A stretch of 64,000 nucleotides of DNA from Candidatus Spongiisociaceae bacterium (GCA_965202665.1 OZ241841.1:2048001-2112000), one strand, 5' to 3'; positions 27,591 to 39,423 are shown, counted from the stretch's first letter. Notes: generated by a model not told the origin, from the sequence alone. Made by a program: numbers and translations.

Positions 27591-29270
27591 TTACAGGCCT
27601 TCGGCGGTTAGGGCTTGTTCGTAGTCGGCTAGGGCGTTTTGGGCGCGGGACGGGGGCCAGTTCAGTTCTTGGGCTAGGACTTCTGCGATGGCTGGGGCGT
27701 CGGAGCGGCCCCGGTCGGGGGAAATCCGGGCCAGATGGGTGCGGCGCAGGGCGAAATCAGCCACCGACCCCGCCGATTCGCACCGGGCGGCGTAGGCGAC
27801 TTCGGCCCGGATTATTCCGCTGGGGCCGACGGGGGCCAGTCCGTTGGGGATTTGCCCCGCTAGGCGCAGCACCGCCTCGCTTTCCCGGCCGTAGCGGGCG
27901 ATCAGGTTGCGTCCATAGCCGGCCGGCAACCCCAGGGCCTCCGCCCGGCGGAGCAACCCGGCGGCAAAGCCCCCCCCGGTACCCGCCCCCACCAGCGTCT
28001 CCCCGGCGGTGCGGGACGGCTTGTCCACTCCCAGAAAAGCGCACGCCCGGTCCACCGCCTCGGCGGCGATAGCGCGGAAAGCGGTCAGTTTGCCCCCCGC
28101 GATGCGCAGGCAACCGGGGACTGGTTCCAGAATCTTGTGCCCCCGGGAGGCGGCGGCGGTGGAACCGCTCCGGTCGGCCAGCGCCCGCAACCCGGCGAAG
28201 GCCGACACCGGTTCCGCCCCGTCCGCATCCAGAAAACGCGCCAGCCGTTCCCGCAGGTATTCCACATCCTCCGGTTCCGGCCGGACCCCGGCGGGATGGC
28301 CCTCATAGGGAGTGTCCGTGGTCCCCGCCAGGGCCATCCCCAGCCAGGGAACCACGAACATAATGCGGCCGTCCCCGGTGTCGGGCAGCACCAACGCCCG
28401 ATCCCGCATCCCCAGATCCTCAGCCCGGTACAGCAAATGCGCCCCTTTGGAAAGGCGCATCCCCGGCCCGGGCGGTTCGCCTTCCAGCGGAGGCGGAGGG
28501 TGGGCCCACGTCGCCGAAATAACGCTGCGGGCCAGAATCTGGAAACTTCCCTCTTCGTCCCGCAGGGTCGCCCGGAAGCCTTCCCGGTCGGGGGCGATGC
28601 TTTCCACGGCCGCCCCGGAGAGCGCAGTCGCCCCGTGCCGGAGAACCGCCGTTTTCAGCACGCAAACGGTCAAGCGGACGTCGTCGGTGGAGGCGTCCCC
28701 GTAGATGAACCCTCCCCGCAGGCCCTCCGTGCGCAAGGCGGGAAACATCTCCGCCACCTCCCCGGCCGCCGCCCGGCGGCTGCGGGCCCCGCCCCGGCGG
28801 CCTCCCAGCAGGTCGTACATCCCCAGCCCCGTCCGCAACAGCGGCGACAGGGCCGGCCCGAAGGAGGCCCAGCGGGGAAGATCGGCCAAACCCGTTCCCC
28901 GGAACAGGGGAATGGTGAAATCCAGATCCGAATACAGGAAGTCGGCGGTGCGGCGCAGGATGTTCCGCTCCCGCAACCCCTCCCGGATCAGGCCGAACCG
29001 GAAATGGGGCAGGTAGCGGATCCCCCCGTGCAGCAGTTTGGTCGACTTTCCGGAGGCCCCCGAGGCGAAATCCGCCCGCTCCGCCAAGGCGGTGCGCAAC
29101 CCCCGCCCGGCCGCGTCCAAGGCCAGGGCGGAGCCGATTACGCCGCCGCCCGCCACCAGCAGGTCCCAGCGGGCGCCGTCGGCCAACTCCCGCCGGGCCC
29201 GCTCCCGCGTCCACCGCGCCCCTGCGGCGGGGCCGCCGGGGCGGGAAACAGGTTGGGAGGGCATGGCCAT
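27591..29270 (-). CDS. glpD: FAD-dependent glycerol-3-phosphate dehydrogenase/oxidase
   Basis: DLLVAGGG, DFASGASGKSTKLLHGGIRYL, GTTDT, AGLRAL, GGKLT. Confidence 0.9.
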   Translation of the reverse strand: MAMPSQPVSRPGGPAAGARWTRERARRELADGARWDLLVAGGGVIGSALALDAAGRGLRTALAERADFASGASGKSTKLLHGGIRYLPHFRFGLIREGLRERNILRRTADFLYSDLDFTIPLFRGTGLADLPRWASFGPALSPLLRTGLGMYDLLGGRRGGARSRRAAAGEVAEMFPALRTEGLRGGFIYGDASTDDVRLTVCVLKTAVLRHGATALSGAAVESIAPDREGFRATLRDEEGSFQILARSVISATWAHPPPPLEGEPPGPGMRLSKGAHLLYRAEDLGMRDRALVLPDTGDGRIMFVVPWLGMALAGTTDTPYEGHPAGVRPEPEDVEYLRERLARFLDADGAEPVSAFAGLRALADRSGSTAAASRGHKILEPVPGCLRIAGGKLTAFRAIAAEAVDRACAFLGVDKPSRTAGETLVGAGTGGGFAAGLLRRAEALGLPAGYGRNLIARYGRESEAVLRLAGQIPNGLAPVGPSGIIRAEVAYAARCESAGSVADFALRRTHLARISPDRGRSDAPAIAEVLAQELNWPPSRAQNALADYEQALTAEGL

Positions 29271-29352
29271 AGGTTAACGGGGGCCGAACTTAACATCCGC
29301 CGGGCGTGTAACCTTAGGGCGGGCGGGTAGGAACCGGGCGGAAGGAATCATC

Positions 29353-29916
29353 ATCACCGTACCTGATCGTTTGGCGTTGTTGCGGGTCGTGCTGGTCCCG
29401 GTCATTATCGCCTTGGTGCTGGCCACCGAGAACACCGGCTTGGACAACCTGTTCGGGGTGGCGACCATCCTGGTGGCGGTGGCCGCCCTGTCCGACTTCT
29501 TCGACGGTTTTTTGGCCCGCCGCTGGGGGATAACGAGCGTGGTGGGGGCGTTTTTGGACACCACCGCCGACAAAATACTGGTCAGCGGGGTTCTGATCGC
29601 TTTGGCGTCGGTGGGCCGGGCGTCTGTTTGGGTGACCTGCATCATCATGACCCGCGAGTTTGCGGTAATGGCGGTACGCAGCGCGGCGGCCGTGGACGGA
29701 CGAATGGTCCCCTCCTCTTTCGCCGGCAAAACCAAAGCCCTTTTCCAGTTCATCGCCCTCGGGTTGGCGATGATGCGCCTCCCCGAACCTTGGGGTCCCT
29801 TCTATTTGGACCAGTACTGGATGTGGCTGACCGCGGTCATCACCATCGTCTCCGGATGGGATTACTTCGTCCGCTTCCGGGAGTCGGTGCGGTCCGCCGG
29901 GAGCGGGCGCCCGTGA
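29353..29916 (+). CDS. pgsA: CDP-diacylglycerol--glycerol-3-phosphate phosphatidyltransferase; start uncertain (ATC ~29353 or TTG 29371)
   Basis: DFFDGFLARR...GAFLDTTADK CDP-alcohol motif, REFAV, GKTKA..Q, SGWDY. Confidence 0.88.
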   Translation: MTVPDRLALLRVVLVPVIIALVLATENTGLDNLFGVATILVAVAALSDFFDGFLARRWGITSVVGAFLDTTADKILVSGVLIALASVGRASVWVTCIIMTREFAVMAVRSAAAVDGRMVPSSFAGKTKALFQFIALGLAMMRLPEPWGPFYLDQYWMWLTAVITIVSGWDYFVRFRESVRSAGSGRP

Positions 29917-30890
29917 CCGGCCCGGTTCTGGTCACCGGCGGCACCGGGTTGGTGGGTTCCTCCCTAATGGCCCGGTTGCTGGAGGAAGGACGGGAAGTGC
30001 GGGCCCTGGCTCGCTCCGCGGACGCGGCTGAAACCCTGTCCCGCGCCGGCGCCGTCCCGGTCAGGGGCGACATCACCGACGGCGATTCCCTGGCCGAGGG
30101 GTTCGACGGGTGCGAAATGGTCTATCACGTAGCGGGCCGGGTGGAGTTTTGTCCCCGCGACCCGCATCTGCTGTACGAGGCGAACGTGGGGGGGACCCGC
30201 AACGTGATGCGGGCCGCCCGCCGGGCCGGGGTGCGGAGGGTGGTGTACACCTCGTCGGTGGTGGCGTTGGGCGAGCAGCCCGGGGCGGTGGGGTCGGAGG
30301 CCTCCGTTCACCGGGGGTGGTTCATGACCCACTACGAACGTTCCAAATACGAGGGGGAGGCGGCGGCATTCGCCGAAGCGGGGGATATGGAGGTGGTGGC
30401 GGTCCTGCCCGCCTCCGTGCAGGGCGCGGGCCGCTCCCGGGGCAGCGGCCTTTTGCTCCTCAACCTGATCAACGAACGTTACCGGGTGATGACCGACTCC
30501 TATTTTTCCATCGTCGACATGGACGACTGCGCCCGCGGCCATGTGCTGGCCGGGGAGCGGGGGACGCCCGGAAGCCGCTACGTGTTGAGCGGTTTCACCT
30601 GCACGGTGCGGGAGTTGACGGCGATGCTGGACGACATGATCGGCCGCCGCTCCCGAATACGCTATCTGCCGAAATGGTCGTTGCTCCCCCTCAGCCCGGT
30701 TGCCGGCCTGCTGGGGAGGTACGTCAAATCGGCCCCGGTGTGCGCGGAGACGGTGCGTTTGGCCAGGGCCGGGGCCCGCTACGACGGTTCGCGGGCCGCC
30801 CGGGAGTTGGGGTTGGCCTACCGAACCGCCCGCCAAACCCTGGCCCAAACCCTGGACTGGTTCCGGGCGGAAGGTTTGACTTCGGTCTGA
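29913..30890 (+). CDS. NAD-dependent epimerase/dehydratase (dihydroflavonol reductase/HpnA-like)
   Basis: VLVTGGTGLVG, NVGGTRNV, YTSSV, YERSK, ARELG; GTGA overlap with pgsA stop. Confidence 0.87.
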   Translation: MTGPVLVTGGTGLVGSSLMARLLEEGREVRALARSADAAETLSRAGAVPVRGDITDGDSLAEGFDGCEMVYHVAGRVEFCPRDPHLLYEANVGGTRNVMRAARRAGVRRVVYTSSVVALGEQPGAVGSEASVHRGWFMTHYERSKYEGEAAAFAEAGDMEVVAVLPASVQGAGRSRGSGLLLLNLINERYRVMTDSYFSIVDMDDCARGHVLAGERGTPGSRYVLSGFTCTVRELTAMLDDMIGRRSRIRYLPKWSLLPLSPVAGLLGRYVKSAPVCAETVRLARAGARYDGSRAARELGLAYRTARQTLAQTLDWFRAEGLTSV

Positions 30891-30909
30891 GAAACCCCGG
30901 ACTTTGAGG

Positions 30910-33900
30910 ATGGACGAACCCTCCGCCGCTCCTTTGGCGCGCCTGCTGGACCTGTGGCCCCCGCAACTTTTCCCGGCCTCGCCGGGACGGGCGACGGTGC
31001 CGGCCGCCGCCCGCCCGTATGTGGTCGCCGGTTTGGCCGCCGGGCGGGGAAGCGGGGCGGGGGGGCCGTTGCTGGCGGTGGCGCCCACCGAACGGGAAGC
31101 CGAGGAGTTGGCGGCCGACGCGCGTCTCTACCGGGAGGGGACGTTGCTGTTGCCCGCCTGGGAGACACTGCCCTTCGAGCATGTCTCGCCCAACGCGTCC
31201 ACCATGGCCCGCCGGGCCGAGGCCCGTTGCGTTTTGGCCGACGGAACGGCCGGGCGGGCGGTGGTGGCCTCGGTGCGGGCGGTGATGCAGCGGGTCAGCC
31301 CCTCCGACCCCCGCCCGCTGACGGTGGTTCCCGGAATGGAAACCGACTTCGAGAACCTGGTGCGGCGGTTGGACGAACTCGGTTACGCCCGCACCGACCG
31401 GGTGGAAACCCGGGGGGAGTTCGCGGTGCGGGGCGGAGTTTTGGATGTTTTCCCGGCCGGGGCGGAGCAACCGGTGCGAGCCGACTTTTGGGGGGAGCGG
31501 GTGGAGGAGTTGCGGGTGTTTTCGGCCGCCTCCCAACGCTCGGTGGGGACGGCGGACCGGTTGGAGATCTTCCCGGCCCGCGAGTTCCGCCCCGACGGGC
31601 CGGTGCGGGAAGCCGCCCGCCGGTTGGCGGCCGGCCAGCCGTGGGCGTCCGACGCCTGGGACCGTTTGGCGTCCGGAATGAGGTTTCCGGGCATGGAATC
31701 CTGGTTGCCGTGGCTGGCCCCGGAGCGCAACGTCCTCCATGATTTTTCACCGCAGGGGACTTTGCTTCTGTTCGACCCGGCCGGATGCCGTCGGCGGGCC
31801 CGGGAACTGATGGACGAGGAACGGGATCTGGCCCGGGATTTGGCCGGCGCATGGGGGGCGGACCGCCCCGGCCGCAACCCGTCCCTCTTCCTGGATTTGC
31901 ATCCCCCCGACCGCTTGCAACGGGTGTGGGAATGCCCCGCGCTGCCCACCGGCCCCGGCCAACCGGGGATCGAAACCGGGGGGTTCGACGCCCGGGCCGG
32001 GGACCCCGAGTCGGTGGCGGCCGGGTTGGAAGGATTGCTGAAAAGGGATTTCACGGTGGTTCTGGCCATGGACGGGGTTCCGGCCGCGGAGCGCACCGCC
32101 CGGGTTTTGGGCGAGAACGGCCTGTCTTTGGCGGTGCGGGAAAGGATGAAACCGGGGTCCCGGTTGGGGGTGATCGCCGCCGGGGTGCACAACGGGATGG
32201 TGCTGCCCGCCGCCCGGTTGGCGGTGCTGGGGGAGCGGGAAATCGCCGGGCGGCGCCGCTCCCACCGCCGCCCCGGCCGTCGCTCCCCGGGTTCGGGCGG
32301 TCCCGTCCGCCTCTACCAGGATCTGGCGGCGGGCGACTACGTGGTGCACCATCATCACGGAATCGGCCGGTTTGAGGGTTTGGCCGCCCGCTCCATGGGC
32401 GGAGCGGAACGGGACTACATCGTCATCGGCTACGCCGGAACCGACAAGCTGTACGTGCCCACCGACCAGTTGGCGGCGGTGAAGAAGTACACCGGGGGCG
32501 AGTCGCCGCGGGTGAGCAAAATGGGAGGCGGGGATTGGGCGGCCGCCCGCCGCCGGGTCAAAAAAGAGGCGGCCGCCCTGGCCGACCATGTCATCGATAT
32601 GCACCGCCTGCGGGCCTCGGCCGCCGGTCGGGCCTTCGCCTCCGACAGCCCCTGGCAGAAGGAGATGGAGGACGCGTTTCCGTTCGAGGAAACCCCCGAT
32701 CAACTGGCGGCGACGGCGGATGTCAAAGCCGACATGGAGTCGGACCGGCCCATGGACCGCCTCATCTTCGGGGATGTGGGGTTCGGCAAAACCGAGGTGG
32801 CCCTGCGGGCGGTGTTCAAGGCGGTGGCCGACGGCTGCCAGGCGGCGGTGCTGTGCCCCACCACCCTGCTCGCCCAGCAGCACCATCAGACTTTCAGCGA
32901 ACGGTTCGCCTCTTATCCGATGCGGGTGGAGATGCTCAGCCGCTTCCTCACTCCCGCCCAGGCCCGGCGGGTGCTGGACGGTTTGCGCACCGGGGAGGTG
33001 GATGCGGTGATCGGCACCCATCGGTTGCTGACCGACGGGGTGGTTTTCAAGAACCTGGGGTTGCTGGTGGTGGACGAAGAGCACCGGTTCGGCGTGAAAG
33101 CCAAGGAAAAAATCAAGGGGATGCGGGTGGGGGTGGATGTCCTTACCCTGACCGCCACCCCCATTCCCCGCACATTGGAAATGGCCCTCACCGGCATCCG
33201 GGAGGTGAGTCACATTCGCACCCCGCCCGAGGACCGCCATCCGATTCTCACCTATGTGGGGCCGTACGACCCGCAGGTGGCGGCGGCCGCCGTGCGGAGG
33301 GAACTGTTGCGGGAAGGCCAAGTGTTTTACGTGCACAACCGCATCCATTCCATCGAGGCGGCCGCGGCCCGCCTGCGGGAGATGGCCCCCGAGGCCCGGC
33401 TGGCGGTGGCCCACGGGCGGATGAGCGAAGGCCGCCTGGAGCAGGTGATGCTGGACTTCTGGGACGGCCGTTACGACGTGCTGGTTTCCACCACCATCAT
33501 CGAATCCGGCCTGGACCTGCCCGCGGTCAACACCCTGATCGTGGAGCGGGCCGACCTGCTGGGCCTGGCCGGTTTGCATCAGCTGCGGGGGCGTGTTGGG
33601 CGCTCCGACCGCCGGGCCTACGCCTACCTGTTCCATCCCGACGATCACGTCCTGCCGGAGACCGCCCTGCGCCGGTTGGCGGCGGTGGGCGAGCACGCCG
33701 ATTTGGGGTCGGGGCTGGCTTTGGCGCAACGCGACTTGGAAATCCGGGGGGCGGGTTCGGTGTTGGGGGAGGTGCAGTCCGGCCATATCGCGGCGGTCGG
33801 GTTCGACATGTACGTGGAACTGGTGTCGGAGGCGGTAGCGGAGCGGATGGGCGGCGGCCGGACGGCGCAACCGGGGCGGGGGGAGCGGGAGGTGCGGATC

Positions 33901-34353
33901 GACCTGGGGGTGGACGCCCACCTGCCGTCCGGCTACGTCGGGGAGGAGACGGTGCGGCTGGAAGCCTACCGGCGGCTGGCTTCCGCCGACTCCGCGGAAG
34001 AGGTGGAGGAGGCGGCGGCCGAATGGCGGGACCGCTACGGCCCGCTGCCGGAACCCGCCTTGCGTCTGCTGAAGATGGCCCGCTTGCGTACGGAGGCGCT
34101 GCGCATCGGCTTGGATGAAATTCTGGCCGCCCGCCGGGAGTTGCGCCTGGGGCCGGTGGAACTGTCCGATTCGGAGCAGGTGCGCCTGCAGCGCCTGGCC
34201 CCGGCCGGGTTCGTGAAACCGGGGCCGGCCAGCGGCGTCCTGATACTCCCCGCCCCGGCAACTCCGGGGGAGGGCGCCTTGGATTACCTGTTGCGCTTTT
34301 TGCCGGAAATGTGGCCCGCCCCTGTCCCCCGGAGCGGTAAACGCCCTGCGTAG
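30910..34353 (+). CDS. mfd: Transcription-repair coupling factor
   Basis: [70 protein letters not shown]. Confidence 0.97.
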   Translation: MDEPSAAPLARLLDLWPPQLFPASPGRATVPAAARPYVVAGLAAGRGSGAGGPLLAVAPTEREAEELAADARLYREGTLLLPAWETLPFEHVSPNASTMARRAEARCVLADGTAGRAVVASVRAVMQRVSPSDPRPLTVVPGMETDFENLVRRLDELGYARTDRVETRGEFAVRGGVLDVFPAGAEQPVRADFWGERVEELRVFSAASQRSVGTADRLEIFPAREFRPDGPVREAARRLAAGQPWASDAWDRLASGMRFPGMESWLPWLAPERNVLHDFSPQGTLLLFDPAGCRRRARELMDEERDLARDLAGAWGADRPGRNPSLFLDLHPPDRLQRVWECPALPTGPGQPGIETGGFDARAGDPESVAAGLEGLLKRDFTVVLAMDGVPAAERTARVLGENGLSLAVRERMKPGSRLGVIAAGVHNGMVLPAARLAVLGEREIAGRRRSHRRPGRRSPGSGGPVRLYQDLAAGDYVVHHHHGIGRFEGLAARSMGGAERDYIVIGYAGTDKLYVPTDQLAAVKKYTGGESPRVSKMGGGDWAAARRRVKKEAAALADHVIDMHRLRASAAGRAFASDSPWQKEMEDAFPFEETPDQLAATADVKADMESDRPMDRLIFGDVGFGKTEVALRAVFKAVADGCQAAVLCPTTLLAQQHHQTFSERFASYPMRVEMLSRFLTPAQARRVLDGLRTGEVDAVIGTHRLLTDGVVFKNLGLLVVDEEHRFGVKAKEKIKGMRVGVDVLTLTATPIPRTLEMALTGIREVSHIRTPPEDRHPILTYVGPYDPQVAAAAVRRELLREGQVFYVHNRIHSIEAAAARLREMAPEARLAVAHGRMSEGRLEQVMLDFWDGRYDVLVSTTIIESGLDLPAVNTLIVERADLLGLAGLHQLRGRVGRSDRRAYAYLFHPDDHVLPETALRRLAAVGEHADLGSGLALAQRDLEIRGAGSVLGEVQSGHIAAVGFDMYVELVSEAVAERMGGGRTAQPGRGEREVRIDLGVDAHLPSGYVGEETVRLEAYRRLASADSAEEVEEAAAEWRDRYGPLPEPALRLLKMARLRTEALRIGLDEILAARRELRLGPVELSDSEQVRLQRLAPAGFVKPGPASGVLILPAPATPGEGALDYLLRFLPEMWPAPVPRSGKRPA

Positions 34354-34646
34354 GCGGAGCCTTCTAAGAAAACTTTTCGCGTTCTTGAAATTTGGGGGGC
34401 CCGCCCTCCCCCCGCCCGCCCACCCATAACATACAAAGGGTTTCGGGAAAATTCAAGGGGGGCGATAGAGATATTTTTCGCGTTTCGGGATGTCCGGGTT
34501 GCCGGGGCGTTGCCCGCAACGGAATTCGGCTGGGCGTTTTCCCCAATTGGCCGGGGCGGTTGGACGACGGCGGGCTCCTCGCTCCGTAAATAGGTTAAAA
34601 CGGGGATGGATGGTACCATTGGCCGCCCGTTCGGTAGGAGGTCTAC

Positions 34647-35669
34647 TTGTCCAAACGTTTGGCGGCGGCTCTGGCTGTCCTGTTGATGGCGGTCGCGGCC
34701 TGCGGCGGAGATTCCGAATCTGAACCTACCGTCGCCGATGCGGATTCCACCACCGTTGCACCGCCGACTTCCGAATCTGAGGTGGAGCAGCCGACCACCG
34801 CCGCTCCGGAGAGCGGGGGGCCGGTTTACCTGCAGGCGGCCACGGTGAACGGTGAACCGATCGGGGTGGAGGACGTGACGCGATTGGTGTCCGTGGCCGG
34901 GGATACGATGGCCCCGGAAAGGTTCGCCGACGTGCTGGCCTCGGTGATTTTGGGCCGGTTGATAGTCGGAGAGGCCCAAAGTCAACTTGGGCTTTCCCTC
35001 TCCGACGAAGAAGTGGAGGGGCGGATTGCCGAGATTGCCGGGCCGCCGGGGGAGGCCCGGCAGCAGTTTCTGGAGGAAAACCAGTTGACCGAGGAAGGCC
35101 TCTACTATTTCTTGGGCGCCAATTTTCTGGTGGAACGCATTGCCGAAACCTTGGCCGCGTCCGCCCCCCCGCCCTCCGAAGAGGAACTGCGGGAAATGTA
35201 CGACTCCCAGCCCGCCTCCTACACCAATGTGTGTTCCTCCCATATTCTGCTGGAAACGGAAGAGGAGGGGCTGGCCGCCTTGGAACGGGCTTTGGCCGGG
35301 GAGGACTTCGCGGAACTGGCCCGGGAGTTGTCCACTGGTCCCAGCGGTCCCGCCGGAGGCTATTTGGATTGCACGGAAGCGGACTCCTACGTGTCCGAAT
35401 TCGCCGACGCCACCCTCTCCGCTCCGCTGGGGGAGCCGGTGGGTCCGGTGCAGACCCAGTTCGGCTGGCATGTGATTTTGGTGTCGGAGCGCCAAGCCCC
35501 CTCTTTTGAGGAGGTCCGGGGTGATTTGGAGGCCGAATTCCAAAGCAATCCGGACGCCCTGTTGCAGGTGTGGTGGAACGAAGTGATCGCCTCCGCGGCG
35601 GTAACGGTGGAACCGGAGTACGGCCTGTGGTCTCCCGAGCCGCCGTACGTGACACCTCCCGCCTCCTGA
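34647..35669 (+). CDS. Lipoprotein peptidyl-prolyl isomerase (PpiC/parvulin, PrsA/SurA-like)
   Basis: Lipobox VAAC, SHILL, FAELARELS, GPVQTQFGWHVI. Confidence 0.87.
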   Translation: MSKRLAAALAVLLMAVAACGGDSESEPTVADADSTTVAPPTSESEVEQPTTAAPESGGPVYLQAATVNGEPIGVEDVTRLVSVAGDTMAPERFADVLASVILGRLIVGEAQSQLGLSLSDEEVEGRIAEIAGPPGEARQQFLEENQLTEEGLYYFLGANFLVERIAETLAASAPPPSEEELREMYDSQPASYTNVCSSHILLETEEEGLAALERALAGEDFAELARELSTGPSGPAGGYLDCTEADSYVSEFADATLSAPLGEPVGPVQTQFGWHVILVSERQAPSFEEVRGDLEAEFQSNPDALLQVWWNEVIASAAVTVEPEYGLWSPEPPYVTPPAS

Positions 35670-37141
35670 GCGCCCCCCGGTTGCTGATAGCCGGACTGGG
35701 GCCGGGGGATTGGGCGGGGGTTCCGGCCGAGGGCCGCAAGGCGTTGCTGGATCCGGGCCGCTCCGTCATCTTGCGCACCCTCCATCATCCGGCGGCGGAA
35801 GAGTTGGCGGAGCGGCGGACGGTGCGGAACTGCGATGACCTGTACGAGCGGGGTGAAAGTTTCCAGCAGGTTTATCGGGACATAGCCGACCGGGTGGCGG
35901 CCGCGGCGGCGGCGGGCCCCGTCGCCTACGCCGTGCCGGGCAGTCCCTGGTACGGGGAGCGGACGGTCGCCCTGTTGCGGGAACGGGAACCTTCGGCGGG
36001 CGTGTTGGACGCCCCTTCCTTTTTGGATGCGGCCTTGCGGGAGTTGGGACTGGACCCCGCCGAGCGGGGCTTGGCGGTTTTGGACGGCCGCAACTTGCCC
36101 GACCCGTTGTTGCTCCATCTGCCCACGGTCATCTTCCAGGTGGATACGGAGCGGGTGTTGGCCGATGTTTTGGAACGGCTGGGCCGCACCCTCCCCGCCG
36201 ACGCCCCGGCGACTGTCCTGTCCGATTTGGGTTCCCGGAGGGCCCGGGCGGTTTCCCATCCGTTGGCCGAGGTTCCGTTGGCCGCGGCCGGTTTGCGTAC
36301 CACCCTGTTCGTGGACCCTTCCCCGTGCGGGTTGCCGGGGGCCATCTCCGTTATGCGCCGCCTGCGCCGCGACTGCCCCTGGGACCGCCGCCAGACCCAC
36401 GCCTCCCTGGCCGCCCATTTGGTGGAGGAAACTTTCGAACTGACGGAGGCCATCAGCCGCCTGCCCGCCGGGGCCCCGCAGGCGCCGCCGGACGCTGGCC
36501 TGCCCGCCGACGGGGCCTACGCCGATTTGGAGGAGGAACTGGGCGATGTGCTGTTGCAGGTTATTTTCCACTCCAACCTGGCCGAGGAGGCGGGATGGTT
36601 CGGGGTGGAGGAGGCGGCGGAAACCCTGCGGGCCAAACTGGTGCGCCGCCATCCGCATGTGTTCGGCGAGGTCCGGGCCGACACTTCCGAGCAGGTGAAG
36701 GCCAACTGGGAGGCTTTGAAACAGGCCGACAAGCCCCGGGACTCGCTGATGGACGGGGCGCCGGAGGGAATGCCCGGCCTGAACCGGGCGGTCAAATTGC
36801 AGACCGGGGCCGCCAAGGTGGGTTTCGACTGGCCGGACGCCCGTTCCGTGGTGGGGGACGTGGAAGAGGAAATAGCCGAGTTGGTGGAAGTCCTCGACGA
36901 CCCCCGGGCGGCGCCGGAGGAGTTGGGGGATGTGCTGTTCGCCGTCGCCAACCTGGCCCGCCATTTGGGGACGGATCCGGAGTTGGCCCTGCGCCGGGCG
37001 ACGGCCCGTTTCGAGTCCCGGTTTCGCATGATGGAGGGGATGGCCGATTTGGGGGAAGCCGATGTGGACGAGCTGAACCGCCTGTGGGAAAAGGCCAAAC
37101 AGATGGAACGAGCCTCCTCCCCGCCGGGGTCGCCCGCCTAA
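35666..37141 (+). CDS. mazG: Nucleoside triphosphate pyrophosphohydrolase MazG with N-terminal tetrapyrrole-methylase-like domain (YabN type); start uncertain
   Basis: [60 protein letters not shown]. Confidence 0.9.
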   Translation: MSAPRLLIAGLGPGDWAGVPAEGRKALLDPGRSVILRTLHHPAAEELAERRTVRNCDDLYERGESFQQVYRDIADRVAAAAAAGPVAYAVPGSPWYGERTVALLREREPSAGVLDAPSFLDAALRELGLDPAERGLAVLDGRNLPDPLLLHLPTVIFQVDTERVLADVLERLGRTLPADAPATVLSDLGSRRARAVSHPLAEVPLAAAGLRTTLFVDPSPCGLPGAISVMRRLRRDCPWDRRQTHASLAAHLVEETFELTEAISRLPAGAPQAPPDAGLPADGAYADLEEELGDVLLQVIFHSNLAEEAGWFGVEEAAETLRAKLVRRHPHVFGEVRADTSEQVKANWEALKQADKPRDSLMDGAPEGMPGLNRAVKLQTGAAKVGFDWPDARSVVGDVEEEIAELVEVLDDPRAAPEELGDVLFAVANLARHLGTDPELALRRATARFESRFRMMEGMADLGEADVDELNRLWEKAKQMERASSPPGSPA

Positions 37142-37209
37142 GGTGCGCCGAAAAAGGCGTATTCTGTGATAAGTTTTACTTGAATTCGGCAAAACCGGCA
37201 GGAGGTGGG

Positions 37210-38493
37210 GTGAAAACCGCCATTCAAGAGCTCAGGGCCCGGCAGATTCTCGACTCGCGCGGCAATCCCACGGTGGAAGCGGAAGCGGTTTTGCGGTCGG
37301 GAGCGCGGGGGCGGGCCGCGGTCCCCTCCGGGGCCTCCACCGGGTCGCGGGAAGCGGTGGAAGCGCGGGACGGCGGGCCCCGGTTCGCGGGACGGGGGGT
37401 CAGCCGGGCGGTGGCCGCCGTCGTGGAAACCATCGCCCCGGTCGCGGTGGGCCGCGACGCCCTCGACCAGGGGGGGTTGGATCAGGCGATGTGCGACTTG
37501 GACGGAACCCCCGACAAGTCCCGCCTGGGGGCCAACGCCATCCTGGCCGTCTCCCTGGCGGCGGCCCGGGCGGCGGCCGTCGCAGTGGGCCTGCCCCTGT
37601 TTCGCTATTTGGGAGGCCCTTCCGCCCGGGTGCTGCCCGTCCCGATGCTGAACGTCCTCAACGGCGGGGCGCACGCCGCCAACCCGCTGGACGTCCAGGA
37701 GTTCATGCTGGTGCCGGGCGGTTTTCCCTCCTTTTCGGAAGCCTTGCGGGCCGGGGCGGAGGTGTATCAGGCCCTGAAAAAAATCCTGTCCGGGCGGGGT
37801 TTGACCGTCAACGTGGGCGATGAGGGGGGTTTCGCCCCGGATCTGGATCAAACCCGGGACGCCTTGGACGCGTTGCTGGCCGCCATCGAGTCGGCCGGAT
37901 ACCGCCCGGGGGAGGAAATCGCCCTCGCTTTGGACGTGGCCGCCACCGAACTTCACCGGGAGGGGGAATATCACATAGACGGCCAAAAGTTGGAGGCGGC
38001 CCGGCTGGTTGATTTCTATGAACGGCTGGCGGCCGACTACCCGATCGCCTCCATCGAAGACGGAATGGCTGAGGACGACTGGGCGGGCTGGACGGAAATG
38101 ACCGCCCGTTTGGGGGAGGGCGTGCAGTTGGTGGGGGACGACCTTTTCGTTACCGACGAGGCCGCCCTGCTGCGGGGGGCGGAGCAGGGGGCGGCCAACG
38201 CCATTTTGGTCAAGGTAAACCAGATAGGTTCCCTGTCCGAGGCGATGCGCGCTTTGGAGGCGGCCCGCGGGGCGGGATACGGACGGGTGGTGTCTCACCG
38301 TTCGGGGGAAACGGAGGATGTTTTCATCGCCCATTTGGCGACCGCGGTCAACGCCGGGCAGATCAAGACCGGGGCCCCGGCCCGTTCCGAACGCACCGCC
38401 AAATACAACGAGTTGCTACGCATCGAGGAACGGCTGGGGGAGCAGGCCGCATATCGGGGCTTCGACGCTTTGGCCGGACGGCGGGGGAGCTGA
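37210..38493 (+). CDS. eno: Enolase
   Basis: [51 protein letters not shown]; GTG after GGAGG. Confidence 0.97.
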   Translation: MKTAIQELRARQILDSRGNPTVEAEAVLRSGARGRAAVPSGASTGSREAVEARDGGPRFAGRGVSRAVAAVVETIAPVAVGRDALDQGGLDQAMCDLDGTPDKSRLGANAILAVSLAAARAAAVAVGLPLFRYLGGPSARVLPVPMLNVLNGGAHAANPLDVQEFMLVPGGFPSFSEALRAGAEVYQALKKILSGRGLTVNVGDEGGFAPDLDQTRDALDALLAAIESAGYRPGEEIALALDVAATELHREGEYHIDGQKLEAARLVDFYERLAADYPIASIEDGMAEDDWAGWTEMTARLGEGVQLVGDDLFVTDEAALLRGAEQGAANAILVKVNQIGSLSEAMRALEAARGAGYGRVVSHRSGETEDVFIAHLATAVNAGQIKTGAPARSERTAKYNELLRIEERLGEQAAYRGFDALAGRRGS

Positions 38494-38495
38494 AA

Positions 38496-38909
38496 ATGGG
38501 CAAAGGCGGATCCCGCATACGCCGCTTCATCGTCAGCGGGCTGTTGGTAGTCGGTCTGGGGGTGGCGATTTTCAACGTTTTCCCCTTCCGGCAAACCATC
38601 GCCCAGAACCGGGCGGTGGAGGAAGCCCGCATCGAGTTGGAGGGCCTGCAGGCTGAGAACGAGCGGCTGGAAAGGGATGTGAAGACCCTCCAATCGCCGG
38701 GCGAGATTGAGCGGATCGCCCGCGCCGACTACGGCTATGTGCGGCCCGGCGACACCAGTTACGTGATCGTGGGCTCCGCCGGGGGAGATTCCGCTCCGGA
38801 CGGGGACGGGGCATCGCCGGAGCCGGAAGCCGAACCGGAGGTCGAATCCGGCGGGTTCTGGTCGGCGGTGTGGGGGTTCATCACCGGCCGCGATCTCACC
38901 GATGGATGA
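38496..38909 (+). CDS. Septum formation initiator (FtsB/DivIC family)
   Basis: TM segment, coiled coil, IERIARADYGYVRPGD; conserved position after eno. Confidence 0.85.
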   Translation: MGKGGSRIRRFIVSGLLVVGLGVAIFNVFPFRQTIAQNRAVEEARIELEGLQAENERLERDVKTLQSPGEIERIARADYGYVRPGDTSYVIVGSAGGDSAPDGDGASPEPEAEPEVESGGFWSAVWGFITGRDLTDG

Positions 38910-39423
38910 CCAACGGGCGGTAGCGGTCCAGATCCAACGGCCTTTGCGGGCCCGGGTGGAGATCGTGTCCCGTTGCCATCTGGGGTTGCCGGTTGCGGTG
39001 CGGGTTCCCCCGCTGTTGGAGGACGGAACGCCTTTTCCCACCTTGTTCTGGCTGAGTTGCCCTTTGGCGGTGAAACGGGTGAGTCGGCTGGAGGGGTCCG
39101 GGGGGGTGCGGGCGATGGAGCGGAGGGCGGCGGCCGTCCCGGAGTTCGGGGAGTCCCTGCGACGGGCGCACGCCGATTACGCCTCCCGCCGGGAAGCCCT
39201 CACGCCCGCCGACGCCGACCCCCGGCCCGGCGGGGGCGTGGCGGGGGCGGAGCGGGGGGTTAAGTGCCTGCACGCCCACTACGCCCATTTTCTGGCCGGG
39301 GGAGGCAATCCGGTCGGGGAGATGACCGCCCCGTGGGTGGAACCGCTGGACTGCGCGCTCCCGTGCGTGATCGAACAGGACGGAGAGGAGCAACCCAACC
39401 CCCGCTGGAGCGCAGGCGGGTAG
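38902..39423 (+). CDS. DUF501 family protein
   Basis: PFPTLFWLSCP, SRLE, GG...VKCLHAH, NPVG; conserved eno-ftsB-DUF501 synteny. Confidence 0.88.
   Translation: MDDQRAVAVQIQRPLRARVEIVSRCHLGLPVAVRVPPLLEDGTPFPTLFWLSCPLAVKRVSRLEGSGGVRAMERRAAAVPEFGESLRRAHADYASRREALTPADADPRPGGGVAGAERGVKCLHAHYAHFLAGGGNPVGEMTAPWVEPLDCALPCVIEQDGEEQPNPRWSAGG

Noticed and set aside
36325-38493. 722-aa ORF suggesting an N-terminally extended enolase; likewise 13159-14190 and 52872-54524
   Set aside because: The extensions are low-complexity read-through overlapping upstream genes; internal starts with RBS or stop overlaps explain the real genes
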